Shown here: positions 1-11,245 of the stretch, piece by piece
How the letters are laid out: every line of letters begins with the position of its first letter
Numbering within the stretch: the first letter of the stretch is position 1
Assembly: GCA_043228905.1 (NCBI GenBank)
Contig: JBHGNT010000012.1
Span: 8,246,001-8,310,000 of the forward strand
Source: Azolla caroliniana
Lineage: Eukaryota; Plantae; Polypodiophyta
Reading direction: 5' to 3'
Length of the DNA: 64,000 nucleotides
Program-made: the position numbers and the translations under genes
The notes under the pieces: generated by a model
What the model saw: the letters and a program-made list of their open reading frames with translations, nothing else
Database searches by the model: none
Told to the model about the DNA's origin: nothing

Positions 1-614
1 CCCCTTAAGTAATCGGTGTTGAATTCTATGTAGCCTCATGTTCCCGATGTTATAGGGAATTTTAAAAGCAACTCAACAACTCTTCATAGTAAGTCAAAGG
101 TAATATTCCACTTGCTAAGAACATGACAATGCCAGATGGTCCTTAACAAGTTGCATATTGGCAATCAAGAATGCATCTTGTTTGTCGCCATTGAGACAAA
201 TACTTTAGTCACAACCCTCGCAAGTTTGCCTTTCCAAATTTTGATAGACAAAGGCTCCCACAACATACCTTGCATATATCAATTGCAATTTGGCGATCTG
301 AACACAAAAAATTATATTGTTTAACGCTCACTTGTCGAGGAACTCTTTGAAAATTTAGAGGCTTGTTGACACAGTCGTCGTCAACATTTTGATTCGTCAT
401 GATTTGTATCTACTTTAATATTTCTTATTTTACCTAAGTTAAAAGGCTCTATCGAAAAAAGTGGCGTCGAACTTTGCTCTCGATCATCGTTTGACTTTAT
501 ATGGCACCGTTTATTATTAACATGGTTATATTGCTCGATTAAGAATAACAAGTTATCAGATAATTTCAAAGGCTCAATACAAAATAGAGAATTTTTACTC
601 GAGTTCGAGGACAT
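1..614 (-). pseudogene. N-terminal region of a putative DNA transposase (Sola-like / DUF7869-type Cys-rich N-terminus), decayed, runs off the window start
   Basis: Joining minus-strand frames across frameshifts and stops gives MSSNSSK...CKVCCGSLCLSKFGKANLRGL*LKYLS/LNGDKQDAFLIANMQ...QVEYYL*LTMKSC*VAFKIPYNIGNMRLHRIQHRLLKG. This fits the CC-x3-CL-x2-F...R..Y.SL...QD.FL...Y...C..AF...Y.I...RL pattern I recall upstream of the catalytic core in Sola-type/DUF7869 proteins. The catalytic domain is not in the window. Confidence 0.5.
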
Positions 615-748
615 TTTGAGTAAGGGGAGCTAAGATCACAGGAGTTCAAAATAGGCTCAAGTTTGGTTCTATAATAAGCACCATGTCCAAAAGCTTCTTC
701 TTTTTTAATTTAAAAAAATTTAAAAATAATAAAAATAAAAAACAAAAC

Positions 749-755
749 TATATAA
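749..755 (+). promoter_or_regulatory. TATA-like box in the short divergent intergenic region
   Basis: TATATAA about 125 bp upstream of ATG 876, between two divergently oriented genes. Confidence 0.3.
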
Positions 756-875
756 GGGAAAGTCATCTTCTCATTGTCATTATCGCGTTCAAGCAACAGA
801 AGAGCACAGGAGCACGGAGGAACCAAGACTTCCAGTTTTCGCCTCCCCAATCAAGTTGACACCAACGTCAGCAAC

Positions 876-3800
876 ATGAACAAGGGAAAGAAGATTGTCG
901 GGTATGTTTTCCAAACTATATTTTTAGATTCTTCCAAGATTCCTCAAAGATCCCTTTTTGTGTTTTTTAATTTCTGCATCTAGAATTCGATGTTTTCGAT
1001 CGAGAACTCGATGCACATCGAGTTCTCGTTGAAAGTCCCCCTTTTCAACAGGAACTCCATGCATTGCATCGAGTTCTCATTGAAAGAGAACACCCCTTCA
1101 ACAGGAACTCGACGCAGTGCATCGAGTTCCCGTTGAAAGGGTGGAGAACTAGATGTTCCCTACATCGAGTTCTCGTTGAAAGGGGGGACTTTCATGATCA
1201 ATATACTAGAATTGGTCACTTTCTTGCTATTTTTGGGCATTTTTCTCAATTTTTTTTATGTAACATTACCACCCTAAACGGGTGATTTTCGCCTACTTTT
1301 GTGGAACTTTACCTTAGTTTTCAAGTTTACGTTATTTATTTTTAAGATTATCGATATATCATTGTGTTATTACTTGTTGTATTCAGTGAATCACGACAGA
1401 AGGTCCCATCCATCAAATTGAAGACTCCCTCCCCAACAAAAAAAACATCTCACACAATTCCCAAGCCTAACTCAGGGAGAGTTGATGATCACGCAAGCAA
1501 ACACACCACCAAAGTCTGCCAATAAATCAAAACCGAAACATAAAGTATAAGAAAAGGCAGCAACCTAAGGAGGATGAGCCCGAGGTACTCGAGTTCATGG
1601 AAGATAAGGAGGAAGATACCGAGCTCGAAGTTATTCCTCCAGGGTTCCACATTGCATCGGGAATGCTCACCTCAAGGCAGAATCGAATCAGAGAAAACAT
1701 TGTAAACACGAAGCTTGTCCGTAAAAGACAACTATTTCACTTGCTGGTCTCCTCTATTTAGAGGCCACCCATTGATCCCGAAACAGGAAGACGAGCTCTA
1801 GAAATAAGAGAGCCACATTCAGTGCATGTGCAAAACTTAAAAAGCAAAATGAAGATAAATCGACATGCCACTGTAGTGTCATTCTTAGTAATGGTAGACC
1901 CTGATCAATGCCCAACTGTTGCTGAGTTTAAGTACAGTTCGGCTAACGACGACACATACTACATGATTGGAGGATCCCACTTTGTTGAAGCTCGACGTCA
2001 ACTTGTGAAGGAGTATCCTCTTACCCCATTCTTCAAATATGCAGAATGTAAAGTGTACGTTGGCCTTACACATGAAGAAGCCAAGTTGCTTGCTTGGGAT
2101 CATAACAATGATAATGACTATAGACAGAAGATGTCATGTATCGAGCGCATCAGGTTCTTCCATCAAGAGTACCTTGATGCGTTGCAAAAATTTGGTCCTA
2201 GGCTGCATCTTGGATTGCGATGACAATGTCTGCTTGAAGTGGGGATAACAATTGACGAAAAGCATGAAGTCTGAAGGCCTGAGGAAATATGACTCATGGT
2301 TTCAACTTGTGTTCAGAACAGGGGAGGCGTGGGACCTCGAAGATCAATTTTTTAGCATGTGGGAGCGAAAAGAAATAAAGGGTCAAAGATCAAAGAAGGC
2401 TAAGCTCGACCCTTAAGTGGAGATAAAGTCTAAGTCACGTAAAAGTGACTTAGTAATTGAAGAATTAGCCTAGGATATGAAGCTACATCCTTGGCGGTCA
2501 TTGCAAGGAATCAAAGATGACAGATTATTAATATCTATATTATCAATAGTGGTCGCCAAGGAGTTCAGTCTTGATGAAATGGTCACAGAGTTTCAAAAGT
2601 GAGTATTCTATGTGATGACTTATTTTCATTGTATTGATTTGTTGATTTGCTCTTCATTCTAACCTTACTTTCTTTTAATTTTTAGCCATAAGGTTTATAT
2701 GAAGATACAAGCGCTGATGATGAAAAAGTTGTCCCTGCCTACGTTGGAAGAAGTGTAGCAATCGTGCCCAAAAACATCATCGTACAAGGCTCTTGAAGAA
2801 TTCTTCATCGTGTTTAGAGAATGGGTATTGTATGTTTTACAAATATTAATTGATTTTAGGATAATGGGTTTCTTCTTATAACATTTATAATTACAGAAAC
2901 CACCTTGTTCAAAGAAAATGTGTGACAGCAATGAAGGCATACCAAGTGCCTTCATCACCCATTTGGAACGAGCTAAATATGAGAAACGAATGACAAAAGG
3001 AAAGGAGCTCGAGGTGCCTGAGGACTCAAATACTGTGAAAAGCTTTTTGCACAAGGTTGATCCTTTCCGACAACTATATTATAGTTTATATAATGGTGAT
3101 GTGGCTAATATGCTTGACATATTACCCAAGCGACATTATACATTGCTCGTGGCAGATATACCGTATGGATTCCGAATAGCAGGCTCTACATACGACGATA
3201 TACCATACAAATATCCGCAAATAGAGAAGATGGTTAAAGACTTTGCAAAGCTGACCCTGGCTCCATTATGACGAATCGTTATATTTCATAGTATGGGTCA
3301 AGCTTTATCGGTCACTACTGCATTGAAGTCGAGATGCCATGCCACCGAGCACGTGCATTGGTAAGCTTTATGTTACTATATATTTAATGTATAGATTCCA
3401 TGGTGCTTACTACATATATATTAACTTGTTTCGATTGAATTATAAAATAGGGTTAAAACGAACATAACTCGTACCCCGGGTGATCGAATGGTGAGCGTTG
3501 TGGAGCATTTGTGTGTGGGCTATTACGATGCTATTTCTAAGAAGAAGGCTCGGGCACATGTTAATGAGCGGAACGTTGTCAACTATATCATGTGCCCAGC
3601 TATAATGAAGAAATTGTGCCACGTGTCTGGTGACAAGAGTCTTGTAAACCCATATCAAAAGCCCCAGCGATTGATTAATCGATTGGTCGAGTTGTTCTCA
3701 AACCTTGATGATTGGGTGCTCGACTTATTTTCTTGAACAAGTAATCTCATAAGTCTGATCAATTTTTCTTAAAATAAAATATTATTTCATGTCTTTGTTT

Positions 3801-4179
3801 TCTTACTTTTGCATGTGTGATTGTTTATTTAGGAACAACGACTTCGTGCGCTCTTAAATTGTTTAGGAACTGTGTCACATTAGAGAAGGACCCCGAGCAA
3901 GTCAATTTTATAAAGATGAGGATCCAAGGCATCTAGGATTGTCCCGACCAAGACCAAGAGGTTGGGGCAAGGCATATCAACGAAACTGAGATGTTTCAGC
4001 TGACCTCAAGAGAGCCGATGGAACCTATAGACGAGGAAGGAGGGGACCTTGTAGACCTTTAAGATGCACCAGGGTTTGATCAAATACAAGATTTAGCTCT
4101 GGAGACAAAACATGTAGATGCAACACAACTGTCAGTTGATCTTGGAGAGCAACCTGTTCCAGACCTCCTAATGGAGTGA
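876..4179 (+). pseudogene. Spliced ParB/Srx-like domain + beta-class N4C/N6A DNA methyltransferase fusion gene (decayed)
   Basis: Exons 876-901, 1387-2598, 2686-2824, 2897-3360, 3451-3740, 3833-4179 with phase-consistent GT-AG introns (exon 1 is the least certain). ParB-like part: IREPHSVHVQNLKSKM..FLVMVD..YYMIGGSHFVEARRQL..CKVYVGLTHEEAKLLAWDHN..KMSCIERI. MTase part: LYNGDVANMLDILP..YTLLVADIPYG (motif IV DPPY-like), WVKTN, EHLCVGY, NPYQKPQRLINRLVELFSNLDDWVLDLFS*T(R)TT (motifs X and I, FxGxG), RNCVTLEKDPEQVNFIKMRI. Several stops and frameshifts. Confidence 0.88.
995..1182. repeat. Array of four imperfect palindromes, consensus TTCAACGAGAACTCGATG-n-CATCGAGTTCTCGTTGAA
   Basis: Units at about 995-1035, 1043-1086, 1097-1139 and 1144-1182, inside predicted intron 1 of the methyltransferase gene. 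Confidence 0.85.
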
Positions 4180-5082
4180 TTGTATACTACTTTGTATTTG
4201 TAACTAAAAACTTGTAACATTAAACTTGTTTTGGAATATAAGATTTTTTCGTTTGAGTACCATTTCTTTACACTATCTGATTGGTGTGCAAACTTTAAGT
4301 GTCTATCATATATTTGTAAAGGTTGACTCGCAAAGTATGTGGTTAAGTATAATTTTCATTGAATAGATGATGATGAACTTATCGATTGTATGACAAATGT
4401 TGGTTATAATTGTTTCTTGATTAATATAATTGAATGTAGCTTTATTCTAGGATTTATGTTGTCTTTAATCTTGGTTATTTAGTTTCGAGTGAACGCAATA
4501 ATATTAAGTCAATGTTGTTGCTCACTTGATAATACATTCAGGTTGTTCATGTATGATTGGGATATAATGTTCGTAGTAGTTTTTGAGTATGTGTGGTATA
4601 TAATGTTTGTAGTAGTTTTTGGGCATGTGAATATGTTTCTAATTTTATCCAAAAATGTGATTTGCTAATTTAATATAACAATCTTTATAGGAGTTAGAGA
4701 CAAATATAGCAACAAAATTGTATTTCTAAAATTGTTAAGTTGGATTCAAATTCAACATTATGTAAAGTGAAGCATATTACAATTACAGTTGGAAGCATTC
4801 CCATAATCTACCCTAATATTAGGATAAATTTGTGTATGAATTGAGAAAATATAGGTTAAATTTGACATCGTCGTCACTGTCGTGGCGTGTTTCTTCTCTT
4901 TCTTTTCTTGACGTTGTCGAGTGCCGTTTTTCTTGGCGTGTCCATGGGTGGTTTCTTTTGGCGTGCTCATCGTGTGCTACATCGTCGCGTGCTACAAAAT
5001 GCCAATGTGACTGCGACGTACACACAAACTCGGCTAAGTCTCGAACCCATTTATTTTATCTTTTTTTCTTATTGACACCACA

Positions 5083-5895
5083 ATGACGTCTAAATGAACT
5101 AAGGAACATAAGGATATACAAGACGAGGGTATAAGTAAGGAGGACTTTTTAGATATGTTGAATCGTTTAACAAAAATAGAGATGGATATGAAAAAATGGG
5201 TGAAAGACGCCGAAACCCACAAGAAAAAAGATAGAGAGCAAAAAGACGCCCTCAAGGCCAAAATAGAAAAACTTAAAGTGGAAAACACCAACCTTAAAAA
5301 ACAACTTAATGACATCGAGGTATCTCGAGAGGACGGTGAAATATCCTCCATAGAGGATATAAAGGACGAGATTAAAAAAGTTAAAGAGGAAGTTAAAAAT
5401 AACATAGAGTTAGCTCAAACGGGTTGGGTAGACGTGGCTAAAAGAAACATTAAAAAAGAAATAAAAGATGAAAATATTGTTAATACCACCCTTGAAGAAG
5501 AGAAAATGTGTCACGCCCGACGCTTAAATGTACGTGTCACTGGGCTCAAGGAAGGTGCATCCCCATACGAGAATGCACAAACACTTGGGAAAATGTTAGG
5601 GTACATAGAGGCCCTACCTATCACCAAAGCATGGAGGGTCGGACGTGACACAACTAGGAAGAGAGCTTTAGTCCTTCAATTTAAAGACTTAGACTCTAGA
5701 ATCACTTTCTTTAAGAAGAGACCAATTCTTCGAGGATTGGGTGGGGACCCTATCTATCTCGCTGAAGACCTCACTAAGATGCAAATTGAGCATCGCAAGA
5801 GTTGTATGCCACGAGTTATGCAAGCTCATAAAGAAGGGCATCGCGTCTTTTACCAAGACGGGCGAGTGATCATAAACGATCGCACTACTAATTGA
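5083..5895 (+). pseudogene. LINE ORF1 (coiled coil + RRM-like + C-terminal domain)
   Basis: ATG 5083 is in frame with ORF 5155-5895 through one TGA. Coiled coil, then RRLNVRVTGLKE and IYLAEDLTKMQIEHRK...GRVIIND, typical of CR1/L2/RTEX ORF1. Confidence 0.8.
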
Positions 5896-5931
5896 CGGTG
5901 TGTGGCCTATGTGACAGAAAATGCACTTAGG

Positions 5932-8900
5932 ATGACCTTATGGAATTGTAACAGTGCACTCTGGACACACCCTGGCCGCCTAGAGGAGATATTAAAGGTA
6001 TCAGATATACTTTTCTTGGTAGGAACACACCAAAGCCCAAATAGAGGACTCCCACGGGTCGAAGGATTCCGTTAGGAGTTCGCTTTTAGACAGACCTCAC
6101 GTCGACACACTACTAGGGGATCTGGAGGTGTCGCGATATTGTTTCGTAGAGAGCTACATAATAAGATAGAAATATTGAGGACAGACCCAGAAGCTCGTTT
6201 TATGTGGGTGAAAGTTTCCACAAGCAAGGACCAGGCAATATTTTTCGCCATTTGTTACTTTCCCCCAAAAGGATCCCGTTATAATATTGTTGGCTTGGCA
6301 AGATTAGTCGATGAAGGAATGCCACATGGGCCTTCTCCATACGAACCTCTATTGGATGACATAATCCGATATCCTTCCCAAGGAGAAGTATTCCTTGTAG
6401 GAGACTTCAATGCGAGAACCCAATCCCGACAATGCACATTATTTCAGATGAATAGAAACCTAGAAATGGTAAATGTCGATCCTTTAGACATAGGCAGAAC
6501 ACGTAGATCAAAGGATCAAGGTGTGGACGCCACGAGCTTTGGCCATCATCTACTCAAACTTGGCAATCGGCACCGGATGGTCATATATAATGGTTTAGCC
6601 AAGTGACCGAGCTCAGAAGAGCTCACATGTTTCTCACATGGAGGAGGGGAAAGCACAGTTGATTATCTAATAGGACGCCCTGAAGCTACCCACATGATTA
6701 ACTCCTTCCGGGTGGCCCCATGCCCTATTGGCGCAGACCATAGTTTCTTATACTTTGAGCTAAAATGCGATATCTCTAAGGTCACCAACTCTAGTCAACC
6801 ACGTCATCACACCACAATACATTTCACACATGAGCTCTCTAACATATACTCTCAACATGTTCAGGCCCATGTCTCCTCCCTTGATCCCTCCCTACCTTTA
6901 GAAAGCCTTAGTACGAAACTCACACACATCCTTCACTCCGCAACAGCTAGTAGTTTCCCATATACAAAACACTCAAATCAAGGTAGATCAGGATCTATGC
7001 CACAAAATAAATGGTATGATGAGGATTGTAGGGACTTACATAGACAACTTACAGTATCACAACTCAATGGTAGTATTACCTCAATACAAGCTCGCAAAGA
7101 AATGCGCAAGATGACACGTCGTAAGAGACGAGCATGGCAGGCATCCCAATATTGGGAACTCTACCATATGCTCATGAGTAGCGATTGCGCCACGGCATCG
7201 AAGAGACTACGGGAGCCAAGACCATAAATACCCATCGAAGATCCCGAAACCTGGCACACATATACAAAGAGACTTTACCAAATCCCAAACCAACCACCCA
7301 TTCCAATGCCTTCCACACCCTGACCTACCACGGGGAGACTTTTCACAACCTCTAGGGCCGCGAAGGTCATAAAGAAATTACAACATAGGAAGTCCATGGA
7401 CCACACAGGATTGCGAGCATAACACATTATATATGTGAGAGAGTGCCTAGCTCCCTTGCTAACTCTAATCTTCAATCGTGCCCTTGCGGAGGGTTTTCCA
7501 CCACAGTGGACTATGAACACAATGGCCCCCATACATAAAGGGGGGGACCCCATGGACCAAAATACATATAGGACCATTATGATAGGTTATACCCTTGCTA
7601 AATTATATGGTGCAGTAATGGAAGTAGAGCTTAGTGATTATATGGAGACCCTAAAGCTTTGTGCACTTGAACAAGCTGGCTTTAGATGAGCCTTCTCCAC
7701 CATTGATCATATCTTCACACTTAGATGCTTAATTGACCAAACTAAGGCTCGCAAGAAGAAATTATATTGTTGTTTTGTGGACTTCTGCAAGGCCTTTGAC
7801 ACAGTCCCTAGAGAGCGGTTGTTTGATAGGCTTAAAAGCTTGAGGATACCAAATGACATGGTCTAGGCCATCTATGCACTATATGAACAAGTGTTCGGGT
7901 GTGTCTGATGCCCGAGTGGTCTATCCAATTGTTTCACTAGCACTATTGGTGTAAAACAAGGTTGCCCCCTATCACCGACACTTTTTGGGATCTACATTGA
8001 TGAGATCACAAATTTTATTACTCGTAAGGGAGGCAACGGAGTAGTCCTTAGGGATACGTAGGTTCGTATCTTGCTCTATGCGGATGACATAGTTTTGATC
8101 TCTGAATCCGAACACGACCTACAAAGGAACCTTAATGCCTTAGATGACTTTTGTGCACAACGAGGATTGGTAGTGAATCTAGGGAAAACTAAAGTCCTTA
8201 TCTTTCACACATCGGCCCAAGTTAGAGCTAAGTGTCACCTAACTGTCTCCCATAGCCCAGTTGAGGTGGTTGGATCATACATCTATCTCGGAGTCACTTT
8301 CAGTGCTCGCTCAGGTAAATTTTCGATGACACAGGCAGCGAAGGATAGCTTACGAGAGGACATGCACCCCTCTCACTCCTAGAGAGACAATGTCACCAAG
8401 CATACTTTCAAGAGCCACGGACTAAAGGGTGGCTCTTTGACTCATTAGTGACCCCCTCCCTCATGTATGCATCAGCGGTTTGGGCTCCAGGATTACCATC
8501 GTTCATGTGGACACAATTAGAGAGACCATTGGTGATGATGTTATCACGCCAACTCCGAAGCAAATCGACAGTACCACATGACATTATTAGGGTTGAGTTC
8601 ACGTTACCCCCAATGTTAGTAGAGGAACTTTTCCAACTTGTAGTCTTTATTCATAGGATACATAGCCAACCACATGATAGAATAGTTCATCAAGCCTTTA
8701 AGGCCTCTCAATCATTGTATGAGTCTGGCTATACTACCTCATGGTATGGCATGATGGTGAGTTGGCTTCTTGCGAATGGTCTAGACATTAATAACCTACC
8801 TCCCCTTAGGTACAACCACACGATTGATAACACTTTAATCTCTCATGAGGACCGCAATAAAGTAATACGCCAAGAAATATGGCAAAATTTACAGTCGGTA

Positions 8901-9624
8901 TAAATGGATCACCCCACGAGAGCCACTCCCATCTAAAATGTTGTACTATAAGGAACACTTCATGCACTTCTCTGAGTTAGGTTTTATCACACGGCCAAAA
9001 TATCTAGATGTATACTTACCACATGCACTAAGGGTTGCCATTGGACAACTTAGAATATCATCTCACCAACTTGAGATTGAGAATGGTCGTACTAATGGAG
9101 TCCCTAGGGAGGAAATAATATAATATAGGTTATGTCACATAGAGATAGAGGATGAGTATCACTTTACATGCAAGTGCCCAACCTACGCCGAGATAAGGGC
9201 AAAATACCAAGACATACTTGGTTCCTCTCCCACCCTCCCCAAACTATTAAATACTCTAGATATAAAGAAATTAGGCAAATACATTCTAGAGCTAAAACAA
9301 CATAGAGAGAATAAGTTACAAAATGTTGACAATAATGTTGCTAATGTTCACCAACATGTAACAAATGAAGTTTTTCAGGAACAGGGGGAGACAATGAATG
9401 TCGACACACCTGCACCACTCGGCCTTTCCCTTGATGAGGCAGAAAACCAAAGAAGAACCAGACGTCCTCGGGTGTTGGGTTTCAAAGCAACTCAACGTGG
9501 TGTGGAAGCAATAATGAAAATAAGGGAATGTGAGCTACACCGCCTAGAAGCCATGGCTAGGGCACTCTCTACATCAAAACCCTTTGACCCCCCACTTCTT
9601 TTCGAGAGGCTTAGGTGGAAATAA
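5932..9624 (+). pseudogene. LINE ORF2: AP endonuclease - reverse transcriptase - C-terminal CCHC finger
   Basis: TLWNCN, GSGGVAIL, CYFPP, VGDFNART, STVDY, ADHSFL; WYDEDC; EQAGFR, FVDFCKAFDTV, GVKQGCPLSPTLF, LYADDIVL; LRISSHQLEIENGR..LCH.EIEDEYHFTCKC. Many in-frame stops. Confidence 0.92.
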
Positions 9625-9814
9625 AATTAGGCTTAGTGTAAAGTCACTTCCTTTATCGAGTATACCACATATTGTACACTACTAGAACTATTTTAGCTTA
9701 AGTTCTATGTTTACTTTATTTTATTTTAGTTATGATGACTGGATAAATACTCATTTTGTTGTAAACCAATTGTCTCATGGGCCAATTTTGGCCTTAGAAG
9801 ACGTTTAAAATATA

Positions 9815-9895
<81 letters not shown>

Positions 9896-10016
9896 ATCTA
9901 TCTCTCTCTCTTTCGCGAGTCTGAGTATCACACTTTGATACAATGCTCTGCCTTTGATCATATTTGACCATGCTTTCCACATCTCTTCAACCGAGCCCAA
10001 TCTTTGCATGAATTCC

Positions 10017-10468
10017 ACGGTTTAAGTGATTTGGTTTAAAGGTTTATAGGTTTTTGGCTAACATTTTTTATCCCTTAAATGTTTATGTAATTTAATGGTT
10101 TTTATTGATTTAATTCACTTAACTTAAATGTTTATTTAATCTAATGGCTTAATTAATGCTTATTTATTTATTTAATTACTTCAACATAAATGCTTATTAA
10201 TTTAGTGTATTTCTATTTATTTAATTTTTTTATTAGTTTGGCTTAAATGTGATTAGGTTTAAAAATTTTATTAAATGACTCGGTTTGGTTTCAACTTTTC
10301 CCTAAACGGTTTTGGTTTACTTTTTCTTAAATGGTTTGGTTTAATGGCTTGAAAGCTCATAAACAGTTTGGTTTGGTTTTTGTTTTATATAAATGGTTTG
10401 GTTCAGTTCAATTTGGTTTCAAGGCAAAGAAACTGAACCAAACCAAAACCAAACCGGGTGCATTGCTA
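10017..10468. mobile_element. Fragment of a non-autonomous DNA transposon, probably hAT-like, with GGTTT/AAACC subterminal repeats
   Basis: AT-rich core and clustered GGTTTGGTT/AACCAAACC repeats ending AAACCGGGTGCATTGCTA (TAG-starting terminus on the minus strand). Only one end is seen. Confidence 0.4.
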
Positions 10469-10935
10469 GTTTTGTGAAAGCTTGTGTCTTTTTCTTCTTA
10501 GGTTTTTTGGTTTTCTTGTGTGTGGTATCAGAGTGAATATTAAGCCACTTCTCCTTCCTCGTCTTTGATTTATTTCATTAAGAGTTTCTTGCTTGGGTGA
10601 AGGTGGAAGTGACAAATAAAGGAGAATCTTCAAGAGGACATGAAAGAGGGTGTGGAAAGTAATGAGAAAAAAGGCTTGACAACCATTGCTTGTGAGGTCG
10701 GGCTACTGGAACTCCAGAGTTTCTTCTAGTTTGCTCCCTTCTTTTGCAACTTTTTTCCTTGTAAACATCTCTTATATTCCCCATTTGTAACTGTTTGTTT
10801 TATACCCTTTTCTTCTAGAGGGGAACATATTTTGTGAATGAATTAGTGGATGTTATCTTAATCATATTTGTTGTACTAATCAAGTTTATTTATACCTAAT
10901 CTTGTGATTAGCCACTTGAGCACTATTGTAGTAAG

Positions 10936-11199
10936 AGATAGATAGATTATATTATCGTCTTTGGAGGTCAAATATGACCTGTGAGACCAAAAATATTACA
11001 TTTCACGTGATACGTGTGAAAGTGAGTAGTGACTCTCGATGTTCAAGAACTTTACCAATGAATGTTGCAATCGGGCGTGTACATTGTGGTTGTGAGAGGA
11101 ATTCATGCAAAGATTGGGCTCGGTCGAAGAGATGTGGAAAGCATGGTCGAATATGATCAAAGGCAGAGCATTGTATCAAAGTGTGATACTCAGACTCGC

Positions 11200-11200
<1 letters not shown>
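10936..11200 (-). mobile_element. 3' fragment of RTEX-like LINE family B
   Basis: (GATA)n tail plus GGAGGTCAAATATGACCT hairpin; same sequence at 23197, 30271, 33066 and 60881. Confidence 0.85.

Positions 11201-11240
<40 letters not shown>

Positions 11241-11245
<5 letters not shown>

Larger units (their letters stand above)
4865..9912 (+). mobile_element. Near full-length two-ORF non-LTR retrotransposon, RTEX-like (family A), decayed
   Basis: ORF1 plus APE-RT-CCHC ORF2, 3' UTR with hairpin GGCCAATTTTGGCC, ends in a (CT)n tract at 9819-9910. The 5' boundary is approximate. Confidence 0.88.

Noticed and set aside
995-1182. CRISPR-like array
   Set aside because: Arms alternate in orientation with very short spacers, there are no unique 30-40 nt spacers or cas genes, and the context is eukaryotic
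876-4179. Bacterial contamination or a restriction-modification operon as the source of the MTase
   Set aside because: Phase-consistent GT-AG introns, AT-rich intron composition and contiguity with plant LINEs; no restriction endonuclease is seen
10523-10533. TGGTATCAGAG tRNA-Met PBS-like motif
   Set aside because: No recognisable LTR end before it and no gag after it; cannot define an element
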